63,700 nucleotides of DNA from the IMG/VR virus record IMGVR_UViG_3300029789_000007; one strand, written 5' to 3'. Position 1 is the stretch's first letter; each line of letters begins with the position of its first letter. The position numbers and the translations under genes were made by a program. This document shows, in pieces, positions 55,396 through 62,847 of the stretch. The notes below the pieces were generated by a model that saw only the letters and a list, made by a program, of their open reading frames with translations, was not told the DNA's origin and ran no database searches. The DNA comes from a virus.

Positions 55396-55554
55396 ATGTT
55401 TGTACTAAAAATTGCAACAACAGTATGGCTGACATTAATTGCGCTTGGAATGACAAGTGCCACATTAAACGAAAAAGAGACAGTTAGCTCGAGACTTTTC
55501 GGCGCTGCGGTAATGCTCGGTCAAATACTTGCCATAGCATTCATGTGGCAATAA
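55396..55554 (+). CDS. 52-aa membrane peptide
   Basis: Own translation MFVLKIATTVWLTLIALGMTSA...GQILAIAFMWQ; GAGGTG RBS. Confidence 0.35.
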   Translation: MFVLKIATTVWLTLIALGMTSATLNEKETVSSRLFGAAVMLGQILAIAFMWQ

Positions 55555-55558
55555 ATAT

Positions 55559-55630
55559 AGGGCATTCGCCAAGCGGTAAGGCACAGGATTTTGATTCCTG
55601 CATTCGTTGGTTCAAATCCAACATGCCCTG
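55559..55630 (+). tRNA. tRNA-Gln (anticodon TTG)
   Basis: Cloverleaf folded by hand: acceptor agggcat/atgccct, anticodon arm cagga-ttTTGat-tcctg, T-arm gttgg-ttcaaat-ccaac; D region tcgccaagcggtaaggca as in bacterial tRNA-Gln. Confidence 0.85.
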
Positions 55631-55975
55631 TTCGGGGTTTACTTGGTTCCCCGACATTGGACTTAGTAGTTCCTTTCACCCTCATAGTGGAAAGCTGTTA
55701 AGAGCCGTCACAAGGCTCGTGAGGGTTAATCGTGTATAATCCCACAATGCACGAGCGTGAAAACCAACCTGTCGTAAAGACACCTGTAATAGGCAGAGTA
55801 GACATATATACCCCCTTTAATTGTTAAACTAGGGCAACTCAAATCATATGAGTCTTAGGTGAGGTGCAATTCCTCACATGTCCTTTGCTGTAGGTTTCTT
55901 AGTTCTTTTCCTACAGCACATACAAATTTATATCTCCGGAGGGTGTAGCCACTCCTTAGACTACACCCTCATTAT
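55631..55975 (+). ncRNA. 345-nt ORF-free, hairpin-dense spacer (candidate structured RNA)
   Basis: Stems at 55632-37/55649-54, 55678-84/55720-26 (enclosing gagcc..ggctc), 55859-64/55872-77, 55888-94/55910-16 and 55939-48/55961-70. Confidence 0.35.
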
Positions 55976-56048
55976 TGGCTTGTAGTTCAAAAGGTAGAAC
56001 GCTTGACTGTTAATCAAGTAGTTGTAGGTTCGAGTCCTATCAAGCCAG
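55976..56048 (+). tRNA. tRNA-Asn (anticodon GTT)
   Basis: Acceptor tggcttg/caagcca, anticodon arm cttga-ctGTTaa-tcaag, T-arm gtagg-ttcgagt-cctat. Confidence 0.85.
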
Positions 56049-56292
56049 CTTGCAGAAATAAAATATAGCGTAAGATATGGTAGCAGCTACAAGGTGTTGC
56101 GTGATATACAAGTCGGGTAAACAGCTGGGCAACACTCTACCAATAAACAACAGAAAATCATAGCGCATGTCCCTGTCTAAAGGTGCCGACTAACTGTTGC
56201 ATAGTATCATTTCTGCAATTAAGGGTTCTTCCCTTTAATGAAATTTTTCGTATTTTTTGCTTAAACAGAGCTATTAGGTTAGTTCTGTTTAA
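56049..56292 (+). ncRNA. 244-nt ORF-free spacer closed by a 10-bp long-range helix (candidate structured RNA)
   Basis: ttgcagaaat 56050-59 pairs with atttctgcaa 56209-18; gtgttgc 56094-100 pairs with gcaacac 56129-35; terminal hairpins attaaggg..ccctttaat and aaacaga..tctgttt. Confidence 0.35.
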
Positions 56293-56365
56293 CGGCATGT
56301 AGCTCAGTGGTAGAGCAGTCGGCTATTAACTGATTTGTCGTGGGTTCGATTCCCAACCTTGCCGA
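56293..56365 (+). tRNA. Asn-type tRNA-like gene with anticodon ATT and imperfect acceptor and T stems
   Basis: tagctcagtggtagagc D-arm and cggct-ATT-aactg loop match an Asn tRNA body with G34 replaced by A; one acceptor mismatch, G-A at the T-stem end, one extra nucleotide. Confidence 0.45.
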
Positions 56366-56367
56366 TT

Positions 56368-56484
56368 ATTGATGTGTGGCGAAATGGGTAAACGCTATTG
56401 CCGTAAGATAATTCGTTGAAACCGGCAACTTAGATGACGAGAGTCGCGACAATCATGCGTGGTTCAAATCCACACCACATCAAT
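56368..56484 (+). ncRNA. 117-nt tRNA-like element (9-bp closing helix, Leu/Ser-type D-arm, T-arm, oversized centre)
   Basis: attgatgtg/cacatcaat helix; tg-gcg-aaatgggtaaa-cgc D-arm; cgtgg-ttcaaat-ccaca T-arm; ttgccg..cggcaa stem with a 19-nt loop; too long for a normal tRNA. Confidence 0.35.
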
Positions 56485-56693
56485 CATACGTCGGTTTAGT
56501 GCGAGCTGTTATATCTTGAATAGCGGTTGCGTAACGCTGATGGTCTGCAATATAGCAGTTTCGGAAAAATAAAAGAAAACACACAAAAACAAGTTGCTAG
56601 TAGGTACGCGCGACTGAAAGCAATGGGGTGAGACACTTCAAAATTCTGTAATGTGTTTTGATGAGCCTTTTGATGGAGTGTATCTTGCCTTTT

Positions 56694-56774
56694 CGGATAG
56701 TAGTTCAGTTGGAAGAACAACCACTGCAATAGCAGTAATTGAGGGAGTCACAGGTTCGAGTCCTGTCTATCCGA
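56694..56774 (+). ncRNA. 81-nt tRNA-like element whose anticodon arm is a 5-bp stem with a 4-nt loop
   Basis: Perfect acceptor cggatag/ctatccg, D-arm gttc-agttggaa-gaac, T-arm acagg-ttcgagt-cctgt, but centre is actgc-aata-gcagt plus a 13-nt extra arm. Confidence 0.4.
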
Positions 56775-56870
56775 TTACAACAAACTAGGTTAGCTACCGA
56801 AAAGCACAAGCCTTAGTGCCTGTTTGTTGTTTTGTTAATAAGGCTATTATCAGAAAGGCAGGTAATAAAC

Positions 56871-57962
56871 ATGCTATCAGAAAATGAAATCCAAACAAAA
56901 GTTAATTTCTTATCATCAGCAAGGTGCAATCACACGTTCCATAAATACATTGACATAACAGGTGACTTGATAGAGGGAACACTTTTATCAAGGATTTTAT
57001 ATTGGTTTGCGCCAAGCAAAGACAATAAGAGCAAAGTTAAGATATACAAGGACGGCGAATATTGGATTGCAAAGCAAAGAAAAGATTGGTGGGAAGAAAT
57101 ACGGATTACTGAAAGACAGTATGATAAAGCGATTAAATCGTTGGTGAAAAAGAAATTTGTAATTACAGCAAAATACAAATTCAACTCAATGCCGACTATA
57201 CATATAAGACCTAATTATGATGTTATCAACGCAGAAGTTAAAAAATGGGAAGAAAATATCAGACAAGAGGTTATAGCAGAAGATAGAGGACAGGAATTAC
57301 ATAAACAGGCAGACGGGAATGACACAAAATGTAATTCCCAAGGGAATAACACAAAGTGTAATTCGGGAATGCCACAAGGTGTAACTCTTTTAACAGGGAT
57401 TACTAATAATGATTACCTTAACACTAATTACGAAACATTAAATACTAAAAGTAATTCTCTTAACAGAGAACAGTGTAATTCTTTTTCACCTAAAGATAAA
57501 AAAGTGAAAGAGTTTAAGCCGATAAGCGAATACTCTCAAAAAGATTGGGAAGTTGCCGAAGAAAGAATGGTAAACAGAGCTGGTAAGATAGCCTATGATT
57601 GGACTAACGATGAAACACTTAAAGAAAATGTAAAGTTATTCTTTGAATACTTCCTAGGCAAGCATAGAGAATACACCGGAGAATATCACTATCCATTAAC
57701 AGACAAGGTTTTATCAAGAGTGGTAGACAGTTTAACAAAAGAAACTGAAATAGAGCGTGACGGATATACGGACAATTATTACTCAACGATAAGCAACATG
57801 AAAGATAATACAGACTACAAGATGTTAGTTGATGAATATTTCAATACAAAGTTTTCAACACAATGCGATTACAGCTTGGCACATTTTTCTTCTGAAAAAG
57901 TTTTGACCAACATTATGAACCATGTTTGTAAGAGCAGTTGGTGTGAAAGCAAAGAGTGGTAG
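56871..57962 (+). CDS. Second replication-initiator-like protein (winged-helix-like N-terminus, internal iterons)
   Basis: LLSRILYWFAPSK...EYWIAKQRKDWWEEIRITERQYDKAIKSLVKKKF; three ~24-bp repeats inside the gene. Confidence 0.35.
   Translation: MLSENEIQTKVNFLSSARCNHTFHKYIDITGDLIEGTLLSRILYWFAPSKDNKSKVKIYKDGEYWIAKQRKDWWEEIRITERQYDKAIKSLVKKKFVITAKYKFNSMPTIHIRPNYDVINAEVKKWEENIRQEVIAEDRGQELHKQADGNDTKCNSQGNNTKCNSGMPQGVTLLTGITNNDYLNTNYETLNTKSNSLNREQCNSFSPKDKKVKEFKPISEYSQKDWEVAEERMVNRAGKIAYDWTNDETLKENVKLFFEYFLGKHREYTGEYHYPLTDKVLSRVVDSLTKETEIERDGYTDNYYSTISNMKDNTDYKMLVDEYFNTKFSTQCDYSLAHFSSEKVLTNIMNHVCKSSWCESKEW
57315..57387 (+). repeat. Three tandem ~24-bp repeats GGGAAT(G/A)(A/C)CACAA(A/G)(A/G)TGTAA(T/C)TC
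   Basis: Copies start at 57315, 57342 and 57365; they encode GNDTKCNSQGNNTKCNSGMPQGV. Confidence 0.6.
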
Positions 57963-57974
57963 GAGGTATTCACT

Positions 57975-58472
57975 ATGAGTTCATATAAAGATTTACAGAC
58001 TAAAATTTTTGAGAGAGATAATTACACTTGCCAATATTGTGGAAAAAGCAGTAGAGAATACAGGGCATTGGTGATGGCACACATAAGAACGGCTTCATTG
58101 TGTGGAGATGATAGAGAAAGCAATTTAATTACATTATGCAGACATTGCTACAGCCATATTTCAAACAATGAGATTAGAGCAAAGTTTGAAACAAAGGAAA
58201 ATGCGGATTATTTTTGGGGGTTATATCACGAAAAAGTCAAAGGCTATTGCTATTACACCAACTATATCAGAAAAGTATTTACTGAAAATGGTGTAATTAT
58301 GACAAGACCGCAAATAGATAGATATGTCAATGTATACATCAAAAATGACAGCGACTTTGATAATTTTAAAACAGAGCTAAAAGAAATCGGCTGTGAAAAT
58401 ATGAAGTATAAAATGCACAGAGAGATGGCAAAACACAAACATCAAATTGAAAAGCAAAAAATGGAGGTATAA
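57975..58472 (+). CDS. HNH endonuclease
   Basis: CQYCGK...MAHIRTASLCGDDRESNLITLCRHCYSHI. Confidence 0.7.
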   Translation: MSSYKDLQTKIFERDNYTCQYCGKSSREYRALVMAHIRTASLCGDDRESNLITLCRHCYSHISNNEIRAKFETKENADYFWGLYHEKVKGYCYYTNYIRKVFTENGVIMTRPQIDRYVNVYIKNDSDFDNFKTELKEIGCENMKYKMHREMAKHKHQIEKQKMEV

Positions 58473-58474
58473 AT

Positions 58475-58669
58475 ATGGCAAAAGGAGTTAAAACACGAAA
58501 TATCGACTCATTCCGAGAGGGATTGATGGAATACGCATATGGCAGATGTTCACAGGCAGAAGCAGCAAAGATAGCCGGTATGAGCGTACCAACATTTAGG
58601 AAGTACGCAAATATGCATTTTTTAGGCATTCCATTTCCTGACACACTGTTTAAGGCAAAGGAGAAATAA
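58475..58669 (+). CDS. Small HTH protein
   Basis: CSQAEAAKIAGMSVPTFRKYANMH. Confidence 0.4.
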   Translation: MAKGVKTRNIDSFREGLMEYAYGRCSQAEAAKIAGMSVPTFRKYANMHFLGIPFPDTLFKAKEK

Positions 58670-58905
58670 TGATTAAGAAAATTGTTGATTGTTGGATAAG
58701 ATATAAGACAAAGAATCTTACAAGGATACCGCTTTTTACGATGGTGTTTAATTACCGCAAGTATAAAGCGGACTGCAAGAAAGATAGTTGCATGTTTTAT
58801 GCACACCCTAATATTGCAAAAGATGAATTTGTAAAAAGCAAATTACAGGAAGTTGTTGACTATATCAGAGATAACTATGATTTGGATATATTTACAAAGA
58901 TTTGA
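58669..58905 (+). CDS. Hypothetical protein
   Basis: ORF track. Confidence 0.4.
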   Translation: MIKKIVDCWIRYKTKNLTRIPLFTMVFNYRKYKADCKKDSCMFYAHPNIAKDEFVKSKLQEVVDYIRDNYDLDIFTKI

Positions 58906-58913
58906 GGTGCGGT

Positions 58914-59216
58914 ATGAAAGATTGCTCAATTTGCAAATATTGTGATGAAGATTTTGTTTTTGATGAGGAAATAGGAGAAGAATATCCGGTTTATAATTGT
59001 CAAAAAGGAAATGATACATCACTTGACTGCGAGTGCAAGGATTTTAAGAAATACAGGCCTCGAAAATATAAAGAGAAAAATACCGAATGCGATATATGCG
59101 AATACAGAGAAAAATGTGCAAAATATAGTTCCGGGATAGACTGTACAGCCAACATGGATATAAAAACGCATATTATTTATCCACAAGACAAATGTATTAA
59201 AAAACAAAAGAACTAG
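58914..59216 (+). CDS. Cys-rich small protein
   Basis: CSICKYC..., CECKDF, CDICEYREKC. Confidence 0.4.
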   Translation: MKDCSICKYCDEDFVFDEEIGEEYPVYNCQKGNDTSLDCECKDFKKYRPRKYKEKNTECDICEYREKCAKYSSGIDCTANMDIKTHIIYPQDKCIKKQKN

Positions 59217-59227
59217 GCACTGAGATA

Positions 59228-59482
59228 TTGAAAACTATTTCAAAGAATATGGGATTGAGGCGTAATATGTGCGAGTTTTGTTGCAAAATAGGAAAATTGG
59301 AAAAAATCAAGCAAGGAGCTTTTAGAGGCGGATATTATCCCGAAAAAAATGAAACACAAATTGTTGAATTTAAAAATGCATTTCATTTATTTTTCGGATG
59401 TAGTGACCCTTTTATGTCTGGAATTGAAATCGAAGATATAAAATTTTGCCCTATCTGCGGTAGAAAGTTGGTGGAAGAATGA
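59228..59482 (+). CDS. Zinc-ribbon small protein (start uncertain)
   Basis: CEFCCK...CPICGRKLVEE. Confidence 0.4.
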   Translation: MKTISKNMGLRRNMCEFCCKIGKLEKIKQGAFRGGYYPEKNETQIVEFKNAFHLFFGCSDPFMSGIEIEDIKFCPICGRKLVEE

Positions 59483-59850
59483 AACCATTAGAAGAAATAT
59501 TTTTTAGAGCTTGCGTGAATGAACAGAAAAGAAAATTGCCTTCAAGCAATCGAGAATTGAGCATAAGAACTATTGGAAATATTTTTGAAAGGCTTGGATT
59601 CTCATATAAGCAGTTAATGTATTATGTCAGAAAGTGGTCTGACAGGGGGTTTTATGATTACGGAGTAACACTTGACTTGGGATGGTTTGAATTTGACAAA
59701 CTGACCGGAGAATATAAGCGGATTTATGATTCTATGACAAGTACGGACGGATGGGAAGATGGGGATTTAGCAAATTATATTGTTAGTAATTCTTTTAATC
59801 GAAAGAGAATAACACCACTTGATATTCTGTATATGTACGGATTGATTTGA
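59479..59850 (+). CDS. Hypothetical protein (paralogous C-terminus with 59865..60212)
   Basis: ...ITPLDILYMYGLI compared with ...ISGLDILCMLGLV. Confidence 0.4.
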   Translation: MKPLEEIFFRACVNEQKRKLPSSNRELSIRTIGNIFERLGFSYKQLMYYVRKWSDRGFYDYGVTLDLGWFEFDKLTGEYKRIYDSMTSTDGWEDGDLANYIVSNSFNRKRITPLDILYMYGLI

Positions 59851-59864
59851 AAGTTGGTGGAAAA

Positions 59865-60212
59865 TTGAAAGAAACAATTTTATATATTTCAAAATCAGAA
59901 CAGGATATACAAAGTTTTCTGAAATATCTTCAATCAAAGCTAAAAGCGGAGCAAAAGGGATGCACCCTAGATGAAAAATACGATATTTTAAAAGTACCAA
60001 AATATTATGATATTGTCGGAAAGAGCGTTCACGGCACCATGCTTGGTGCAGGCTATGGATATTGCAAATATTATTGTTTTTCAGAAGCGTATGATAGAAA
60101 TAAATACAGCAATGCAGAAAATGAAAAACTTAAAGATATTCTTATGCACACAAGAGAGGGTGCGGAGAGAATATCGGGACTTGATATTTTGTGTATGCTA
60201 GGGTTGGTTTAA
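59865..60212 (+). CDS. Hypothetical protein (TTG start)
   Basis: Conserved junction gttggtggaaaaTTGaaa corresponds to gttggtggaagaATGaaa at 59479. Confidence 0.35.
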   Translation: MKETILYISKSEQDIQSFLKYLQSKLKAEQKGCTLDEKYDILKVPKYYDIVGKSVHGTMLGAGYGYCKYYCFSEAYDRNKYSNAENEKLKDILMHTREGAERISGLDILCMLGLV

Positions 60213-60226
60213 AAGGCGGTGGAAGA

Positions 60227-60469
60227 ATGAAACATCAAAAAGAATGGTGCACTTGCGATAGGTGCGGAAAAGAGATAATACGCTACGATGAAAAATGTGC
60301 ATATATCAAAACAAGAGAGGTAAAACCTCTTTACGAAAAAAGCATATGCACAGCCGAAGATTTAGCAAGGGAAGTGTTTCCAATGGCTATATGGAGAGAT
60401 AATATCCAATACGATTTATGCCCTAAGTGCAGGAAAGAGTTCAAGAGGTTTATGAAAAATGGAGCATGA
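60227..60469 (+). CDS. Zinc-ribbon small protein
   Basis: WCTCDRCGKE...DLCPKCRKEFKRFM. Confidence 0.45.
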   Translation: MKHQKEWCTCDRCGKEIIRYDEKCAYIKTREVKPLYEKSICTAEDLAREVFPMAIWRDNIQYDLCPKCRKEFKRFMKNGA

Positions 60470-60626
60470 AAGAAAATGGTGCACTTGCGATAGGTGCGGT
60501 GCAGAAATTAAAAAAGGAATACTGTGTTGAAATTCGGTTACAAAGAACGGCATTTTTAATACCACATACGACTTGTGCTATAAATGCATGGAAGAATTTG
60601 AAAGATTTATGGAAAATGAAAAATAA
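60459..60626 (+). pseudogene. Paralogue of 60227..60469 interrupted by one in-frame TGA (60528-60530)
   Basis: MEHERKWCTCDRCGAEIKKGILC-TGA-NSVTKNGIFNTTYDLCYKCMEEFERFMENEK; both halves match the intact copy in one frame. Confidence 0.5.
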
Positions 60627-60651
60627 TAAATTGTAAAGGAGAAAATAAATT

Positions 60652-60915
60652 ATGAATTTTGGACAGGCAATTGAAGCATTAAAAAACAGCAAAAAAGTAG
60701 CAAGAAAAGGTTGGAATGGCAAGGGAATGTTTGTGTATTACGTTCCGGCCGGCAATTTTAAGTCTTATACAGAAATTGGGAAATCCATTGCAGATAAAGA
60801 CGATTTAGTACATTACAATCCGTATTTTGCTATCAAAAATGTTAATAGCACTGTTTCTACATGGGTTCCGTCAATTAATGATTGTTTAGCAGAAGATTGG
60901 TATGTAGTTGAGTAA
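60652..60915 (+). CDS. DUF2829-family protein (Tad2-like, candidate Thoeris anti-defence)
   Basis: MNFGQAIEALKNSKKVARKGWNGKGMFVYYV...CLAEDWYVVE matches the DUF2829 consensus (FxxALxxLKxGxxVxRxGWNGK...EDW). Confidence 0.65.
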   Translation: MNFGQAIEALKNSKKVARKGWNGKGMFVYYVPAGNFKSYTEIGKSIADKDDLVHYNPYFAIKNVNSTVSTWVPSINDCLAEDWYVVE

Positions 60916-60937
60916 CATATGGGAGCGTGTTTGAACT

Positions 60938-61171
60938 ATGAGCATGGCAGAAGTAATTAAATCAATAGAGCGTGAAGCGTTTAGAGAAGCACAATCGCAG
61001 GAAATAGGCGGTAGAAATGACAAACCGATAGAAACAGCTTTTGGAGTAGATATTTCGCAAAAAGCTGTTGAACAATATGCAGAGACGCACTTGGGACGAA
61101 AACCGCGAAACTATCAAGAATTTAGTTCGGCAAGAAATGCAAAAATAATAGAAGAGTCAAAAGAACTATAA
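60938..61171 (+). CDS. Hypothetical protein
   Basis: ORF track. Confidence 0.4.
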   Translation: MSMAEVIKSIEREAFREAQSQEIGGRNDKPIETAFGVDISQKAVEQYAETHLGRKPRNYQEFSSARNAKIIEESKEL

Positions 61172-61196
61172 AAGAGTGCGGAAAAGGAGCGAGATT

Positions 61197-61355
61197 ATGG
61201 AATGTCAAAACACAATGCTTTGCGGCGATATATCCGGTGGTTATTTAACAAAGACACCATGTATAAGCAAAGATGATTCAATTCCGAAATGGCTTAGAAA
61301 AAATGTCGAGAGAGCAATAATTGATGGGATTGTGGAGGACGGCAAAGATGAATAA
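61197..61355 (+). CDS. 52-aa ORF
   Basis: Own translation MECQNTMLCGDISGGYLTKTPCISKDDSIPKWLRKNVERAIIDGIVEDGKDE; AAGGAG RBS. Confidence 0.35.
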   Translation: MECQNTMLCGDISGGYLTKTPCISKDDSIPKWLRKNVERAIIDGIVEDGKDE

Positions 61356-61569
61356 ACCTAGATTTCTTTTTGGAGATATTGTTGTAGTAAACAAGTCGGA
61401 CATAGGAGTTATCTGCAAAACGTGGGAAAAATCAAACGGAAAATACGAATACGAAGTTTATGTAAGACTTGCAAACAGTATAATTACATTCGCGGAAGAA
61501 GATATTGACAGGTACAGAGTGAGACATAAATATCTTAGCGAAGAGGAAATGGAATGGCAGTGGAATTAA
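61348..61569 (+). CDS. Hypothetical small protein
   Basis: ORF track; ATG 61348 overlaps the upstream stop. Confidence 0.4.
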   Translation: MNKPRFLFGDIVVVNKSDIGVICKTWEKSNGKYEYEVYVRLANSIITFAEEDIDRYRVRHKYLSEEEMEWQWN

Positions 61570-61602
61570 ATTGCTGATTATCGGCAGAAAGGGGAACATA
61601 TT

Positions 61603-62811
61603 ATGGCTGATTTGAAAATATTTACAGAAAATATAGAACATGAAGCATTAAATCAGATATATACGCTTATAAAACAGCCGGCATTTTCGGATTGCAAGAT
61701 AAGAATTATGCCAGATGTTCATGCAGGAGCAGGGTGTGTTATCGGGTTTACTGCTGATTTAGGGGAAAAAGTAATACCGAATATTGTTGGAGTTGACATA
61801 GGCTGTGGGATGCTTACTACAAACTTGGGGAATATTGATATTGATTTTGAGAGATTAGATAACATCATTAGAGAATATGTTCCAAGTGGTAGAAGGGTTC
61901 ATGAAGAAGAAAACTCATCTGTCGCAAGCGATATTATTGAAAAATTGTATTGCAAGGAACAGTTGAAAAATATAGATTGGCTGAAAAGGAGTTGCGGCAC
62001 GTTGGGAGGCGGCAATCATTTTATCGAAGTTGATAGCGATAGCAAGAATAATAAATATCTTGTTATTCATTCGGGAAGTAGAAATGCCGGAAAGCAAGTT
62101 GCAGAAATATATCAGCAAATGGCGATTGATGATATATCGGGAAAATCGAATTTCAAACAAGATAGTGAGAAATTGATTGCTGAATACAAAAAATGTAAGA
62201 GAGAAAGAGAAATCAGCAAGGCTATCAAAGAATTAAAGCAGTCCTACGAAAAAAATACAACTAAAATCCCTAGAGAGTTATCATATCTTGTTGGAAAACA
62301 TAGAGAAATGTATTTACACGATATGAAATTATGCCAAGAGTTTGCGGAAATTAACAGAAGAGCCATTCAGAGCATTATTTGCTACTATATGGGTTGGAAA
62401 GTTACAAAAGAAACGGAGCGATTTCAAACAATTCACAACTACATTGAACACGATACAAATATTGTTCGTAAAGGCGCTATTTCTGCAAAAGCGGGGGAAA
62501 AAGTACTAATACCAATAAACATGCGTGACGGTTGCATTTTGGGAATTGGCAAGGGAAATGAAGATTGGAATTATTCAGCACCGCATGGAGCGGGACGAAC
62601 TATGAGTAGGTCAAAGGCAAAAGAAAGCATTTTACTAGAAGAGTATCAAAAAGCAATGGACGGAATATTTACAACATCTGTAAATACATCTACGATTGAT
62701 GAAAGCCCTATGGCATATAAAACAATGGATGAAATAATTGGAAATATAAAAGATACTGTTGAAATAGTTGACATTATAAAACCGATTTACAATTTCAAAG
62801 CAAACGAATAA
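61603..62811 (+). CDS. rtcB: RtcB RNA 3'-phosphate/5'-OH ligase
   Basis: IRIMPDVHAGAGCVIGF, VGVDIGCGM, GTLGGGNHFIEVD, HSGSRNAGKQVA, APHGAGR. Confidence 0.9.
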   Translation: MADLKIFTENIEHEALNQIYTLIKQPAFSDCKIRIMPDVHAGAGCVIGFTADLGEKVIPNIVGVDIGCGMLTTNLGNIDIDFERLDNIIREYVPSGRRVHEEENSSVASDIIEKLYCKEQLKNIDWLKRSCGTLGGGNHFIEVDSDSKNNKYLVIHSGSRNAGKQVAEIYQQMAIDDISGKSNFKQDSEKLIAEYKKCKREREISKAIKELKQSYEKNTTKIPRELSYLVGKHREMYLHDMKLCQEFAEINRRAIQSIICYYMGWKVTKETERFQTIHNYIEHDTNIVRKGAISAKAGEKVLIPINMRDGCILGIGKGNEDWNYSAPHGAGRTMSRSKAKESILLEEYQKAMDGIFTTSVNTSTIDESPMAYKTMDEIIGNIKDTVEIVDIIKPIYNFKANE

Positions 62812-62847
62812 AAACATTACCGACTAACAAGTGGAAAGGAAATAAAT

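Noticed and set aside
55545-56729. ORFs 55545..55739 (+) and 56496..56729 (-) in the RNA island
   Set aside because: The first overlaps the canonical tRNA-Gln. The second lies antisense in the ORF-free spacer between two tRNA-like elements. Neither has translation signals.
60528-60530. Genome-wide TGA recoding or a suppressor tRNA explaining the in-frame TGA
   Set aside because: All large genes (terL, portal, capsid, TMP, RT, RtcB, integrase) are intact under the standard code, and many end in TGA at sensible positions. None of the tRNA or tRNA-like elements has a TCA anticodon loop. A nonsense mutation in a redundant paralogue is the simpler explanation.
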